The notes under the pieces were generated by a model. It worked only from the letters and a program-made list of their open reading frames with translations, was not told where the DNA came from and did not search any database. A stretch of 64,000 nucleotides of DNA, from assembly GCA_963833555.1 (NCBI GenBank), contig CAWHYB010000007.1, positions 468,274 through 532,273 on the forward strand, read 5' to 3'. Position 1 is the first letter of the stretch. Each line of letters starts with the position of its first letter. This DNA comes from an uncultured Actinomycetes bacterium (GTDB lineage: Bacteria; Actinomycetota; Thermoleophilia; UBA2241). The translations under genes were made by a program, and so were the position numbers. This document shows, piece after piece, positions 1-11,742 of the stretch.

Positions 1-139
1 GATGAGAGTGGCGTCGAGGCGTTCGGCAGCCTCAAGCGGGCCTCGCTTCGTCGCCGGCCCGCATAGCCTCCGACTGACCGACGCGACCCTAGGGGAACGT
101 CGGCGGCGGCCGTCTGTCTGCGGGAGCGGGCCTAGGGGG

Positions 140-361
140 TCAGGCGTTCGGCGGCGTCGAACTCGGCGGCGTGGCATCGTCGGGCGGCTTGGCCTCGAGC
201 TCTTTGGGCTTCTCTTCGTCGTCCCCGCTCAGGGCCGACTTGAAGCCTCGTATGCTCTGCCCGACCGACTTGCCGAGCCCGGGCAGGCGCGAGGCCCCGA
301 ACAGCAGCGCGATGATCGCGAAGATGATAAGCAACTCGGGAGCGCCGATCATGGCAATCAT
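140..361 (-). CDS. tatA: Twin-arginine translocase TatA/TatE subunit
   Basis: GAPELLIIFAIIALLFGASRLPGLGKSVGQSIRGFK: TM helix, FG hinge, amphipathic helix ending FK. Confidence 0.92.
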   Translation of the reverse strand: MIAMIGAPELLIIFAIIALLFGASRLPGLGKSVGQSIRGFKSALSGDDEEKPKELEAKPPDDATPPSSTPPNA

Positions 362-618
362 TGGTTTCGTCTCATCTCTTTCGTCGACTCACGACAAGAC
401 TCCGCGCAGAGCGGAGGTGCCGTCGCGAGCCGCGGGTGCGCCGCCGCGACCGGCACTTTCATCACTGTAGGGTCTCGGGCAGGGCGAATCAACATCGGAG
501 CCGTCCGGACGGCACACTCACGCGGCTTCTTCTTCACCTGGTCTGGGAAGAAAGCCCTCGGCAGTGCGACCGCGAGTCGCAACGCACTCCTCAGATCACA
601 GGACGAGGGTAGGTCGCC

Positions 619-1936
619 GTGGCGGGATCACCTATACCACCACTAGAGCGCGTTGCGGTCTCTGCGCGGGGCCGACTTGGCCGGCGGGCGCTGGCGACCG
701 CTGCCGCGACGCTGTGCCTGGGCCTCATCGGCAGTGCGTGCAGCAGTGGCGCCCGAGAGGGCGCCTCTTCCACCCCCACGCCATCGCCGATCACGTCCAC
801 GGCTCGCCTATCGATCACGCCGGCCGTACGGGCGCCAGGAACGTCAAGCCGCAGAGCGGCATCACGGTCAGGGTGACCGGCGGGACGATCGTGCGCGTCA
901 GCGCAAGGACCAGCGGCGACCCCGTCACCGGCACGCTCAACGCCGACGCCACCGCCTGGCACAGCCGGTGGGCACTCGACACTTCCACGCGCTACACCGT
1001 CCGCGCGACGGCCGCTCGACCGGCGGGCCGGACGGTCACGGAAACGAGCACCTTCCGCACCCTCGCCCCGCATCAGACGTTCGCCACACAGATCTTCGAG
1101 GGTCACGGCCAGACCTACGGTGTCGGCATGCCCGTCATCCTCACGTTCAGCCGGCCCATCAGCGATCGCCGGGCCGTGGAGCGCTCGCTCCAGCTCTGGA
1201 CCTCGAAGCCGGTGGTCGGCGCCTGGTACTGGGACGGGGATTCGACCCTCTACTTCCGCCCGCGCAACTACTGGTCGCCGCACACCAGGGTCCGCTTCGT
1301 CGCGCACTTGAACGGCATCGAGGGGGCGCCGGGCGTCTACGGCACGCACACCCTTCAGGCAGAGCTTCGTCATCGGACGCTCGCTGATCGCCGTGGCAGA
1401 CACGCAGACCCACCACGTGCACATCTATCTCGACAGGCGCCTGTTCGCCGACTGGCCGATGAGCTCCGGCCGGCCCGGCGACGACACCCCCAACGGGACC
1501 TACCTCACGATCGAGAAGGCGAACCCGGTCGACATGAAGGGGCCGGGCTACAACATCGAGGTGCCGTGGTCGGTGCAGGTTCACCTGGAGCGGCGACTAC
1601 CTGCACGACGCCTACTGGTCGGTGGGCGCGCAGGGGTTCGCCAACGTGAGCCACGGCTGCGTGAACCTCTCCCCCGCGCACGCCCAGACCTACTACCAGC
1701 TCGCCGTCCCGGGCGACCCCGTGACGATCACCGGAAGCCCGCGGGGCGGGACCTGGGGCAACGGCTGGACAGTGTGGTTTCTGCGCTGGCGCGATCTTGT
1801 GCGCGGCAGCGCGCTTCACAAGGCGGTGCGGGTGGGCCCGAATGGAAGCAGGTTCGTGAATCCCGCATCACTTCGACCGTCGAGGGCCAAGCCGCCGCTC
1901 AGCGCGCCGCGACCGGGGAACGCCACCCCGGCGTAG
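619..1936 (+). CDS. L,D-transpeptidase lipoprotein (Ig-like + YkuD), split by several frameshifts
   Basis: Lipobox-like IGSAC; GQTYGVGMPVILTF and YFRPRNYW Ig segments; catalytic SHGCVNLS near 1650; pieces lie in three frames. Confidence 0.85.
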
Positions 1937-2076
1937 GCCACAGTGGCGTAGCACAGGTCCCCATGCGACGCTCACCGAGGCGACGGTTCGCTCGAGCCAC
2001 GGTCGGGTAAGGGCAGCACGTCGTATCCGGTGCGCCATCAGTGCACCGCGGATTGAGCACCTCAACGGCAGGAGGC

Positions 2077-3021
2077 ATGGTGGCCAGCGTCGATCTCTTC
2101 CCGGGTCAGTGGCAGCCGCAGGTCGTGCTCATGGCGGCGCTCGAGGTCGGCCTGATCGAGGCACTCCTTAACGATCCGCTGCCGCTGGCCGAGGTCGCCA
2201 AGAAGCTCGGGCTCGACGAGCGCGCCACTGCCCGCGTGGTGAGCGTACTGGTCGATGCCGACTACCTCGAACAACGAGAGGATGGCGTGGTCGTGGCACC
2301 CGAGGCCAGGGCACTCCTGGACCCGGCCGACCCCGCCTTCGTCGGCGACCGGCTGGGGCACCTCCACGATCTGCTCGGCCGCTGGGTGCAGCTGCCCGAG
2401 GTGCTGCGCGCCGGCGGCCCGGCTCACTTCGAGCGCACAGCGGGGTCGTTGCAGGCGTTCATCGGCTCGATGCGCGTCGGTGCTCGCCAACGGGCGCGAC
2501 CACTGGCGGAGCAGCTCGCGGTGCTGTTTCCGCAGACCAGGACCGTGCTCGATGTCGGAGGCGGGCCGGGCACGCAGGCGCTTGCATTCCAAGAGCTCGG
2601 CTGGCAGGTGACGGTGCTCGACTTCCCCGAGGTGATCGACCTCATGGCAGACGACCTGGCGAGGGCCGGCATCGCCGCCATCAAGGGCGACGCGACGCAG
2701 GGCATACCGGCCCGGGGTTTCGGCCTCGTCTTCTGCGGCAACCTCTTCCACTCGATGTCGCCAGGGGAATGCGCGCGGGTCGTGGTGAGCGCCGCCGGTG
2801 CCCTTGGCTCCGGCGGCGCCTTGGCCATCTATGACTTCGTGCGCGGCACTGGCCTGCCCTCCTCGCTCTTCGCCGTGAACATGCTGGTGGCAACGAGTGC
2901 CGGTGACGTCTACGACCAAGAGGACTATCGCCGCTGGTGCGAGGCCGCCGGCCTGCGAGACTTCGGCGTGCACGAGATGGCCGGACAGTCGCAGCGGCTG
3001 CTGACGGCCATCAAACGCTGA
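2077..3021 (+). CDS. SAM-dependent O-methyltransferase with N-terminal dimerisation domain
   Basis: VLDVGGGPG motif I, LDFPEVI, GNLFH; GGAGG RBS before ATG 2077. Confidence 0.88.
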   Translation: MVASVDLFPGQWQPQVVLMAALEVGLIEALLNDPLPLAEVAKKLGLDERATARVVSVLVDADYLEQREDGVVVAPEARALLDPADPAFVGDRLGHLHDLLGRWVQLPEVLRAGGPAHFERTAGSLQAFIGSMRVGARQRARPLAEQLAVLFPQTRTVLDVGGGPGTQALAFQELGWQVTVLDFPEVIDLMADDLARAGIAAIKGDATQGIPARGFGLVFCGNLFHSMSPGECARVVVSAAGALGSGGALAIYDFVRGTGLPSSLFAVNMLVATSAGDVYDQEDYRRWCEAAGLRDFGVHEMAGQSQRLLTAIKR

Positions 3022-3181
3022 ACGCGATGCGCTTCGGCCGCCCAGCCGGAGCACTCAGCCCGTGTATACCATTGCAGCTGAGTCCCCACCCGTCGGTCAT
3101 CGTGTGATCCCATCTCCAGCCAGACCCTCGTCGTGACCCGAGGGGCCGAGAGGGAGCCGGGAACACCAGGAAGGGCAGCAA

Positions 3182-3949
3182 ATGAGCGGCTACAAGGACG
3201 ACCTGGAGCGCGGCCCCTCTTTCGGCTCTGTGGCCGAGGACTATGACCGCTACCGCCCGTGGCCGCCTCGCGCAGCGGTGGAATGGATCCTGCCGCATCG
3301 CATCCCGGTCGTCCTCGACCTCGGCGCGGGCACGGGGGCTCTCAGCCGGAGACTCCTCGCCCGTGCCGACGAAGTGGTCGCGGTCGAACCCGACGAGCGC
3401 ATGCGAGCCGTGCTCGCCCGCAGCTTGCCGAGGGTGCACCTCCAGGCCGGACGAGCGGAGTCCCTGCCGCTACCCGACGCCAGTGTCAACGCGGTGCTGG
3501 TCTCCTCTGCCTGGCACTGGATGGACCCCGCAGGCGCGGTGCCCGAGATCGCCCGCGTTCTGCGTCGCGGCGGCATCTTGGGCATCCTCTGTACCGGGCT
3601 CGATTGGCAGGCCGCCTTGGGCTCGGCCGTGGGGCAGGCCCTGCGGGGCACGGGTGCCGGGGTGGCAGCAGACCGGCGGTCTCACGAACCCGCGGACGTG
3701 CGCCTGCCGCCCGGCGCGCCCTTCGGCCGCCCTGAGATCGTCAGACTGCCTTTCCACTGGCAGGTGAGCCCGGAGCGTCTCATCGGGTTGCTCGGCACCT
3801 ACAGCTCGATCTTCACACTGCCGCAGCCACAGCGGATGCGGGTGCTCGATCACGCGCGGGCATTCCTTTCGACAGATCCCCGCTTCGCAGGGCAGACGCG
3901 CGTGGATGTCGCGATGTCATGCCGCTGCTGGAGAGCAGTGCGCCTCTAG
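3182..3949 (+). CDS. Class I SAM-dependent methyltransferase (type 11)
   Basis: SFGSVAEDYDRYRP, VLDLGAGTG, VEPD, AESLPL, AWHWMD. Confidence 0.9.
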   Translation: MSGYKDDLERGPSFGSVAEDYDRYRPWPPRAAVEWILPHRIPVVLDLGAGTGALSRRLLARADEVVAVEPDERMRAVLARSLPRVHLQAGRAESLPLPDASVNAVLVSSAWHWMDPAGAVPEIARVLRRGGILGILCTGLDWQAALGSAVGQALRGTGAGVAADRRSHEPADVRLPPGAPFGRPEIVRLPFHWQVSPERLIGLLGTYSSIFTLPQPQRMRVLDHARAFLSTDPRFAGQTRVDVAMSCRCWRAVRL

Positions 3950-3966
3950 CGCTGCTATGGCGGCGT

Positions 3967-4302
3967 TCACCCCCGAGGCTGCTCTGAGAACCAGCCCGCG
4001 CGCTCCATCGCCTGCGCCGCCACGCGCGCGCTCCGGCTATCGCCTCTCGCCACGGAGACCGAGACCCCGTCCCCGAGCGCAGCGACGATGTGGGCCACAT
4101 CCTGGTGGGTGTTTCCCGGGCATAGAAGGACCGACTGCACACCCTCGTCGGCGACCAGCTCCCGACAGACGGCGACCGCCTGGTCTGTGTTCTGCACGAG
4201 GACGCTGAAGAGCCTGTAGAGATTGGTCTCCACGAGAGACCGGTCCCTGGTGGGGTCGGCATCAGGAACGTGGGCGATGAAGACGGCTGTGAACGGCATC
4301 AT
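3967..4302 (-). CDS. DUF6506-like small protein
   Basis: FTAVFIAHVPDADP...AVAVCRELVADEGVQSVLLCPG...VARGD pattern; family recalled, not searched. Confidence 0.65.
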   Translation of the reverse strand: MMPFTAVFIAHVPDADPTRDRSLVETNLYRLFSVLVQNTDQAVAVCRELVADEGVQSVLLCPGNTHQDVAHIVAALGDGVSVSVARGDSRSARVAAQAMERAGWFSEQPRG

Positions 4303-4452
4303 GATCCTTCCCTCGGAGGGTGCTGCCTCTGAAGCGGCCTGTCTCGTCATGGTGCAGACTGCAGGGCGGGCGCGCAAGGGCTGCGGAATGGCACCGGCGG
4401 AGTGTCACCCGCAGGCGCTCGACAAGTCCTGGTGCCCCTGACCGGCTCATCG

Positions 4453-6248
4453 TCAGTCCGGCGCTCCACCTTTGGCCGGATCCCCGGGTCGGCCGTGCGC
4501 CCACTTGGGCTCGTGACCGTGCACGGCTCGCGCCTCCTCGTGCACGAACTTGCCGCCGCGCAGCCACGAGGCGAGAGCGGCCACCAGGCACATGGCGGCG
4601 GCGAAGATGAGCACGTCGACGATGCCGTCCTTGAACGGACCGGCGATGAGCGAGGGGAAGAACTCCTTGCTCACGAGCGTGTGCACGTCGGTCGCCGGCA
4701 GCGCTCCCAGCACGTGCGGCCCGAGCAGCTCCTTGCAGCGGGTTGAAGCCCAGGAAGGCGGCGAACAGGTAGCCGGTCGGCGGCATGTGCGAGAGCGGCG
4801 TCGCGACCTGCGCCGGCACGTGGTGCGCGGTCAGGCCGCCGAACATGGCGGCCGGCACGTGGGTCGTGAGGCCGACCACCATGAGCGAGAAGAAGATGCC
4901 GATCGAGAGCGGCATGCCGAGCGTCTGGGAGGTGGCGCGCATGCCCGAGGCGACGCCGCGGTTGCGCGCCGGCACGCTGTTCATGACGGCCGCCGTGTTG
5001 GGCGCCGCGAACATGCCGAAGGCGATCGCCGTTCAGGAAGAGCACGCAGGGCGAAGAGCCAGTAGGCGAAGTTGGCCGGCAGGGCCATCAGCAGCAGGAA
5101 GCTGACCGCCCCGAGCAGCATGCCGGCGGTGGCGAAGGGGCGCGCGCCGTGGCGGTCGGAGAGCATGCCCGAGACGGGACCGGCGACGAGGAAGCCCAGC
5201 GTCAGCGGCAGCATGTAGATGCCGGCCCACAGCGGCGTCTGCTCGAAGCTGTAGCCGTGCAGCGGCAGCCAGATGCCCTGCAGCCACATGATGAGCATGA
5301 ACTGCATGCCGCCGTTGGCGATGGACGCAGAGCAGCGCCGCCAGGTTGCCGGCGGCGAAGGCGCGGATGCGAAAGAGCGCGAGGTTGAACATCGGCTCCG
5401 CGACGCGCAGCTCGATGAAGACGAACGCCACGAGCACGGCGAGGCCGCCGACGATCAGCACCCAGCACGAAGGGGTTCGACCAGCCCATGTTGGACGCGC
5501 CGTAGGGCTTGATGCCGTAGGTGATGCCGGTGAGCAGCACGGCGAGGCCGGCGGCGAAGGTGAGGTTGCCGAGCCAGTCGATGCGCGTGCGGTGGCGCTC
5601 GCCCGATCTCGCGCAGCTGCCAGAACGCCCAGACGATGCCGACGATGCCGATCGGCACGTTGATCAGGAAGACGAGCCGCCAGTCGACGGCGGCCAGCAC
5701 GCCGCCCAGGATGAGGCCGATGAACGAGCCGGCCAGCAGCGAGACGCCGTTGATGCCGAGCGCCAGGCCGCGCTGGTCGTGGGGGAAGGCGTCGGTGAGG
5801 ATGGCCGCCGAGTTGGCCATCATCATGGCGCCGCCGACCGCCTGCACCATGCGCAAGACGATGATCTCGATCGCGCCCGTCGCGCCGGTGCTCCACACGA
5901 GCGAGAGGCCCACGGCGGCGACCGTGAAGACGATGAAGCCGATCTTGAACATGCGCACGCGACCGTACATGTCGCCGATGCGGCCGGCGGTGACGACGAG
6001 CGCGGCCGAGACCAGGCCGTAGCCCATGAGGATCCAGAGCAGGTAGGTGAAGTTGCCGGCATCGAGCGGGCTCAGATGGATGCCGCGGAAGATGGCCGGC
6101 AGCGCGATCGAGCAGGCTCGAGGCGTTGATCATGGCCATCAGGACGCCGAGCGTCGTGCACGAGAGCACGATCCACTTGTACGGAACGCGCCCGTGCGTG
6201 CTCGTCCCCGGCTGCGGTCCGAGTGCCAGCTGGGCTACGCGACGTCAT
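4453..6248 (-). CDS. MFS transporter, DHA2-like (14 TM), frameshifted
   Basis: GRIGDMYGR motif [22 protein letters not shown] across frames. Confidence 0.85.
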
Positions 6249-7053
6249 GCCTTCACGTCCTCGGTCGTCGCGCCGGGCGCGGAAGACTGCGTGCCGGCGT
6301 CTGGCGCCTGGTCGCTGAGACTGGCGCTCAGCAGCTCGCCGGCTCCCGAGACCGCATAGCCGCCGTGGTAGCCGATGAAGCGCTCGAAGCCCAGGGCGGC
6401 GACCCTCCTCGCCGAGGCCAGCGCTTGGTCGGCGTCGGCGGCGAAGCCCGGCGGCGATTCGCGGATGACGACCGTCCTCGAGGCGCATGAGGTCACCGGC
6501 GATCAGCAGCGACGGCGCCGGCAGGTAGAGGCACAGGTGACCGGCGGTGTGGCCGGGGCTGTGCACGATCCGCACGCCCCCGAGCACGTTCAGCTCTTCC
6601 CCGCCGACGAGGCGCAGATCGACACGCGACGGGCGCGACCTCGCTCATCTGCTTCATGCGGGCTGCGGCGGCGGCGCGCTGCTCGACCGGAAGGGCGGCG
6701 AGCATCGCCTCCGACCCGCTCGGGCGGGATGCCGGCCGGCGGACGGCGCCCTCGATCACTGCAGCGTCGTCTCTGTGCGCCCAGACCTCCGCGCCGCTGA
6801 GCCTGACGATCTCGGGCAGCCCGCCGACGTGGTCGACGTGGTGGTGCGTGATGATCACGCGGCGGATGGCCTGCGGCGTCAGGCCGATCTCGTCCAGGTA
6901 GGCCAGGACGGCGGCCGGGCTTCCGGGCAGACCGGCATCGACCATGGTGACCGTGCCGTCCTCGACCAGCAGACAGATGTTCATGGCGCCACCGGAGGCG
7001 CCGGCCCCTTGGGCCAGCGTCACGACGTGGACGCCGGGCAGGATCTCAGGCAT
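6245..7053 (-). CDS. MBL-fold metallo-hydrolase, frameshifted
   Basis: THHHVDHVG, HSPGHTAGH, AGD, terminal YHG. Confidence 0.88.
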
Positions 7054-7073
7054 GGAGCGCTCCTTTCACTGCC

Positions 7074-8457
7074 TCACGACAGTGCGCGGGCCGGTCGCTC
7101 TGTGGCTACCGGCGGGCTGAGGGCGCCCACGCGCGCCTGTTCCGCACGGACCTGGCTGCTCGCCGCGGCGGAGCTCCGATCGCCGCTCGTCGGCGCGACG
7201 GCCACGCGGGTGTCGCGGATGCGACGCAGGGCAAAGCCCGCCCAGATGGCGATCAGCAGGGTCGCGACGCCGCCGACACCCAGCGCGAAGCGCGCGCCGT
7301 AGTGCCCGGCGAGGAAGCCGATCAGCGGCGCGCCGATGGGCGTCGAGCCCAGGAAGACGATGGCCCACAGCGCCATCACGCGGCCGCGCATGGCGCCGCT
7401 CGAGTTGAGCTGCAGCAGCGAGTTGGCCGTGGCGATGAACATCAGGCTGGCAGCGCCCATCGAGCACGAGCAGCACCAGGGCGAGCGGCAGGGTCGGCGC
7501 CGCCGCCACGGCGAGGATGAACACGCCGAAGGCGAGGCTGACGGCCACCAGCAGCCGATAGCTCGGTCGCCGCCGCGAGGCCAGGACCAGCCCGCCGGCC
7601 AGGGCGCCGACGCCCATGGCGACCGTCAAGGCGCTGTAGCGTCCCGGCGCCACGGTGGAAGACGTCGTGCGCGTAGAGCGGGAGGATCACGCTGAAGTTG
7701 TAGGCGAGCGTGCCGATGACGGCCATCATGAGCAGCGGCACGCGCAGCTCCCAGGCCTGCCAGGCGTAGCGCAGCCCGGCCCGGATCTGCCCCTTGGCGC
7801 GGGCCACCGGGGGCCGCCGGTGCAGCTCGGCGGGTCGCATCGCATACAGCGCACCGATCACCGCCGCGAAGGAGACCGCGTTGGCCAGGAAGGCCCACGA
7901 GAGGCCCACGGTGGCGATCAGAACGCCGGCGAGGGCCGGGCCGACGATGCGCGACACGTTGACGATGACGCTGTTCAGGGCGACGGCGTTGGCCAGGTCA
8001 TCGGGGCCGGCCATCTCCATGACGAAGCTCTGGCGAGACGGGTTGTCGACGACGTTGATGAAGCCGTAGAGCCAAGGCCAGCGCCCAGACCATCCAGAGA
8101 CGCACGGAGCCGCTCGGCGACGAGCACCCAGAGCACGGCGGCCTGCACCGTGAAGGCCGTCTGGGTGACGAGCAGCAGCCTGCGCTTGTCGAAGCGGTCG
8201 GCCAGCAGGCCGCCGACGGTCCCGAACACGAGCACGGGAGCGAACTGCAGCGCCGCCGTGATGCCCAGATCGAAGGCGCTGTGGGTGAGCTCGAGGACCA
8301 GCCAGTACTGGGCCACCGACTGCATCCAGGTGCCGCTCTGCGAGACGGTCTGGCCGAAGAACCAGAGGCGGTAGTTGCGCGTGCGCAGGGAGCGGAACAT
8401 GCGCGCAAGGAAAGCCGGCCCGCGGCGCCCGGCGCCTTTCTCGGGAAGGTCGCTCAA
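7074..8457 (-). CDS. MFS transporter (MFS_3/DUF894-like), frameshifted
   Basis: RNYRLWFFGQTVSQSGTWMQ, GLLADRFDKRRLL, MRGRVMAL. Confidence 0.87.
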
Positions 8458-8937
8458 CGATCGTCCTCGCAGCAGGCGCTCGAGGACCGGCAGCGCCTCG
8501 CGCAGGACGGCGAGCTCCGACTCGTCGAGCTTGCGCAGCCGCTTGGCCAGATAGGCGGTCTTGCGGGTGCGGGTGCGCTGCACCGTGCGCCCTCCCTCCG
8601 CCGTCAGGCTGACGCGCGCGATGCGACGGTCGGCCGGGTCTGCCTCGCGGCGCACAAGACCGCGCTCCTCGAGCGAAGCCACCATGCGCGTGACACTGGG
8701 CGGCGTGACGCGCTCGCAGATCGGCCAGCTGGCCCAGGGTGATCGGCCCGTGCAACTCGATGGTCACGAGGGCCGAGGTGAGCGACGGGCTCGAGGTCCC
8801 CGGGTGTCTGGCTGCGCAGCCGGCGAGCCAGCCGATTCAGCACGAGGCGCAGGCGCGCCGCGAGCTCGGGGTCGTCAAGGCGAGTGTCGCTGGCAGCGGT
8901 CGCCGGGGCGGTCGTGGAGTCGGACTTCTTCGGTCAT
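8454..8937 (-). CDS. MarR-family regulator, frameshifted
   Basis: ELAARLRLVLNRLARRLR...TRMVASLEERGLVRREADPADRRIARVSLTAEG; stop overlaps the MFS start. Confidence 0.85.
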
Positions 8938-8945
8938 GCAGAGTA

Positions 8946-8973
8946 GTTTACCATGCTAATTAGCTTTGTAAAC
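8946..8973. promoter_or_regulatory. Probable MarR operator (AT-rich palindrome)
   Basis: GTTTAC-cat-GCTAATTAGC-ttt-GTAAAC immediately upstream of the MarR start. Confidence 0.7.
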
Positions 8974-9106
8974 GACCGGCGGCGGGCAGCCTCCACAGAC
9001 GCGATACTGTCCCCGCATCCTGGCCACGTGACAAAGGGATCACGTGGGACCGGGCGCTACGAACCGATCCGCGCTCCTGCCGTCCATCGCGGCCGGGTGT
9101 GCTCCA

Positions 9107-10529
9107 CTACTCCAGGAAAGCCCGTGCCAGCGCCTCGAAGCGGTGCGCCTCAGCCGCGTCGATGGCGCGAGCAGAATAGCGCGCCAGCTCGTAGATGGCG
9201 GCGAGATCCGCGGCAGCTTGCGAGAGCGGCATTTGCGCGGCTGCGGGCTGTAGCGGCACCTCTGCGGTGGCCCGGTCGAGCGGTGCGACGACACCCGGTA
9301 CCCGCTCGTCATGCACCGCAACGGTCGGCGCCGCCGCCGCCAGGTAGTCGCGCACGGTCACGCCGGGCAGCCGCACCTTCCCGGCGCGTGACAGCCGACG
9401 CTCCAGCTCCGCGTAGCGATGTCGCACGAGCTCACCCGGCGTGCGCGGGTCTTGGCGGCGCAGCGCGGAGAGGCGGCGGCGGAGCCGCCGCCCAAGTCGC
9501 GCTGCGAACATCCCGGCCGCCGACCTGACCGAGGCGAGCGTCTCGCGTTCTTCCACGACCATGACCTCGGCGGGCAGGGCGCGACGGATGCGGCGCAGCG
9601 CCACCGCGACGAGCGCCGAGGAAAGACCGATTGCCACGAGAGCGGCGGCGGCCTCGACCATCAGCTTGGGCACATTCCAGACCTTCGGGCCTGCTGCGTG
9701 GCGGTGCACGAGCGCCGTCGGCCTCGGCGCGGGCTGCAGATGCCGGACAGAGCGCAGGGCGTGCAGGTGAAACACGCCCAACAGCCACGCGATCGCACGC
9801 AGGAAACCTGCCCCCGCATAGGCGATCAGGTAGGCCACGCCCGCGAGCGCGTAGCGCAGCACGCCGGCAAGGGCACTCATCCCCCAGAGCAACGCGTCCA
9901 CGCGAAGGACCTGACTCAGCAGCGCGCCGATGACGATGACGACCAACACGGCGCCGAGGACGGCGAGCAGCCAGGACCAGGCGGGCAACCGTTCGGCGGG
10001 GCCGACCAGGTAGGTGAGGTCCCGGTACCGCACCGTCGCGACGAGAAGCCCACCGGTGACGAGCGAAGCGACGACCGCCCCGGAAGCCCATCCCGGCACC
10101 GAGCCGGCCAAGGCGGTGCATACGAGGACGGCGCACAGCAGAGCGAACCCGCGTACCGCTCGCCGCATGGCCGCTTCCGGCGCCTGCGAGGCGCGACCCA
10201 GGTAGATCCCGAGGAAGACGAGCCCGCCGGCGTAGAGGACGTCCGCGCGCGCCGTGCCACACTGCGGATGGGTGCGCCCAGGCGCGGCCGGCGACGATCA
10301 GCAGGCCGGCCGCGACGAGGATCAGCGCCACCGCAAGCAGGCGTTCCGAGCGCCCTCTCCCATCGCCCGCTGCTGAAGCGCCGGGCGAGATGCAGCGCCG
10401 ACGCCTACCGTGACGCCGGCATAGACGATCAGAGCGGCTCCCGACGCTCCCGTCAGCGCCGCCGCCAGACCGCCGGACCAGATGCCCTCGGCCGCGGCGC
10501 CGAGCACGACTCCCGCGCTCTCAGGCCAT
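9107..10529 (-). CDS. DUF4129-domain membrane protein, frameshifted
   Basis: Multi-TM N-terminus; C-terminal VRHRYAELE...TVRDY...LAAIYELARYS; third gene of a MoxR-DUF58 operon. Confidence 0.75.
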
Positions 10530-11729
10530 GAGGGGGAGCGCATCGCTCGTCCTCCAGTCCAGGTCGTCGGGCACCACGATGTCGACGAGTTCGACTTCAT
10601 CCTCCGTGGGGCGGCCAATGAAGACCACCTTGGTCGGCCGCTCGGCGCGCAGCTGCGCCACGCGCGCACGGACCTCCGGCGGCAGCGCCGACGTGACGAC
10701 CACGCAGTCGGACCGGCTGCTCTCGTCGGCGAGCTCAGCGGCGAGCACCTCGCCAAAGCCGCGACCCGAGTACGGGAGCATGCGCGCCAAGGTCTCAAGC
10801 ACTTGAGGAAGGGCACCCTCGGCCGGTTCGACGTCCACGGCGCGCCAGTCGCGGGCCATACGCGCGTTCGAGGCCAGCCCGACGCTGAAACCATCGGCTG
10901 CGAACGCGGCCGCCAACGAGGCGGCCACGACACACAGGAGTTCCATCCGCTGGGGATCGATGGCCCGCCAGGAGCTGCGCAGCACCCCCACGTTCAGCAG
11001 CAGCCGCACAGCGGCAAGGGACGCGGGATCGAACTCGTTCGTGTGCAGCGCCCCGAACCGCGCCGTGGCGCGCCAGTTGATGGCTCGCATCGGGTCCCCC
11101 GCCCGGTAGACCCGAGTACCACGGAGCGCCGTGGGATCGTACGCCAGCGAGTGGGCCACGGTCTCCTCGACCAGGGGGTGACCGGTCAGCAGCTCGAAGC
11201 CCGGCACGTCGAGCACCTTGGGCAGCACGACGAGCTCCTCTCGGGCTTCGAGCGTGAGGGTCACGCCGGCGATCCCAAAGGGATCGCCGGCCTCCAACTC
11301 GACCGGCCCGAACCAGAACAGACCGCGCTCTTCGCATCGCGCGCGGTAGCGCCGTCGCAGGCGCTCGTACCAACGCACCGAGACGGTCCCGATGAATGCC
11401 TGTGTCCCGCGATGACTCACGGGCCGTAGTACGAATCCCACGGGCTCCAAGCCCGCCGGCCACTCGTCGCGAACGCGCATCCACACAAGCGGGAGGAGCT
11501 TGGCGTTGGTGACGCTCATTGTGATCTCGAGCTCGTTGCCCCACGAAACGACACGCCGAGAGAGAGTGCGCTCGAAGGTGAAGGCCGTGAACACGCGCCG
11601 CCGCGTCGTGACGACGAGGGCCGCCAGCGCCGACGCAGCCAGCGACGCGAACACCAACGCGTTGGAGCGCAGGAGCGCCGCTGCCGCAAGTCCGGCCAGG
11701 CCGGCCCACGCGATCGACCTCAGTCGCAC
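10521..11729 (-). CDS. DUF58-domain protein
   Basis: GDPFG, RVYRAGDPMRAINWRATAR, GLASN; GGAGG RBS. Confidence 0.88.
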   Translation of the reverse strand: MRLRSIAWAGLAGLAAAALLRSNALVFASLAASALAALVVTTRRRVFTAFTFERTLSRRVVSWGNELEITMSVTNAKLLPLVWMRVRDEWPAGLEPVGFVLRPVSHRGTQAFIGTVSVRWYERLRRRYRARCEERGLFWFGPVELEAGDPFGIAGVTLTLEAREELVVLPKVLDVPGFELLTGHPLVEETVAHSLAYDPTALRGTRVYRAGDPMRAINWRATARFGALHTNEFDPASLAAVRLLLNVGVLRSSWRAIDPQRMELLCVVAASLAAAFAADGFSVGLASNARMARDWRAVDVEPAEGALPQVLETLARMLPYSGRGFGEVLAAELADESSRSDCVVVTSALPPEVRARVAQLRAERPTKVVFIGRPTEDEVELVDIVVPDDLDWRTSDALPLMA

Positions 11730-11742
11730 GACCGCCTCCGGT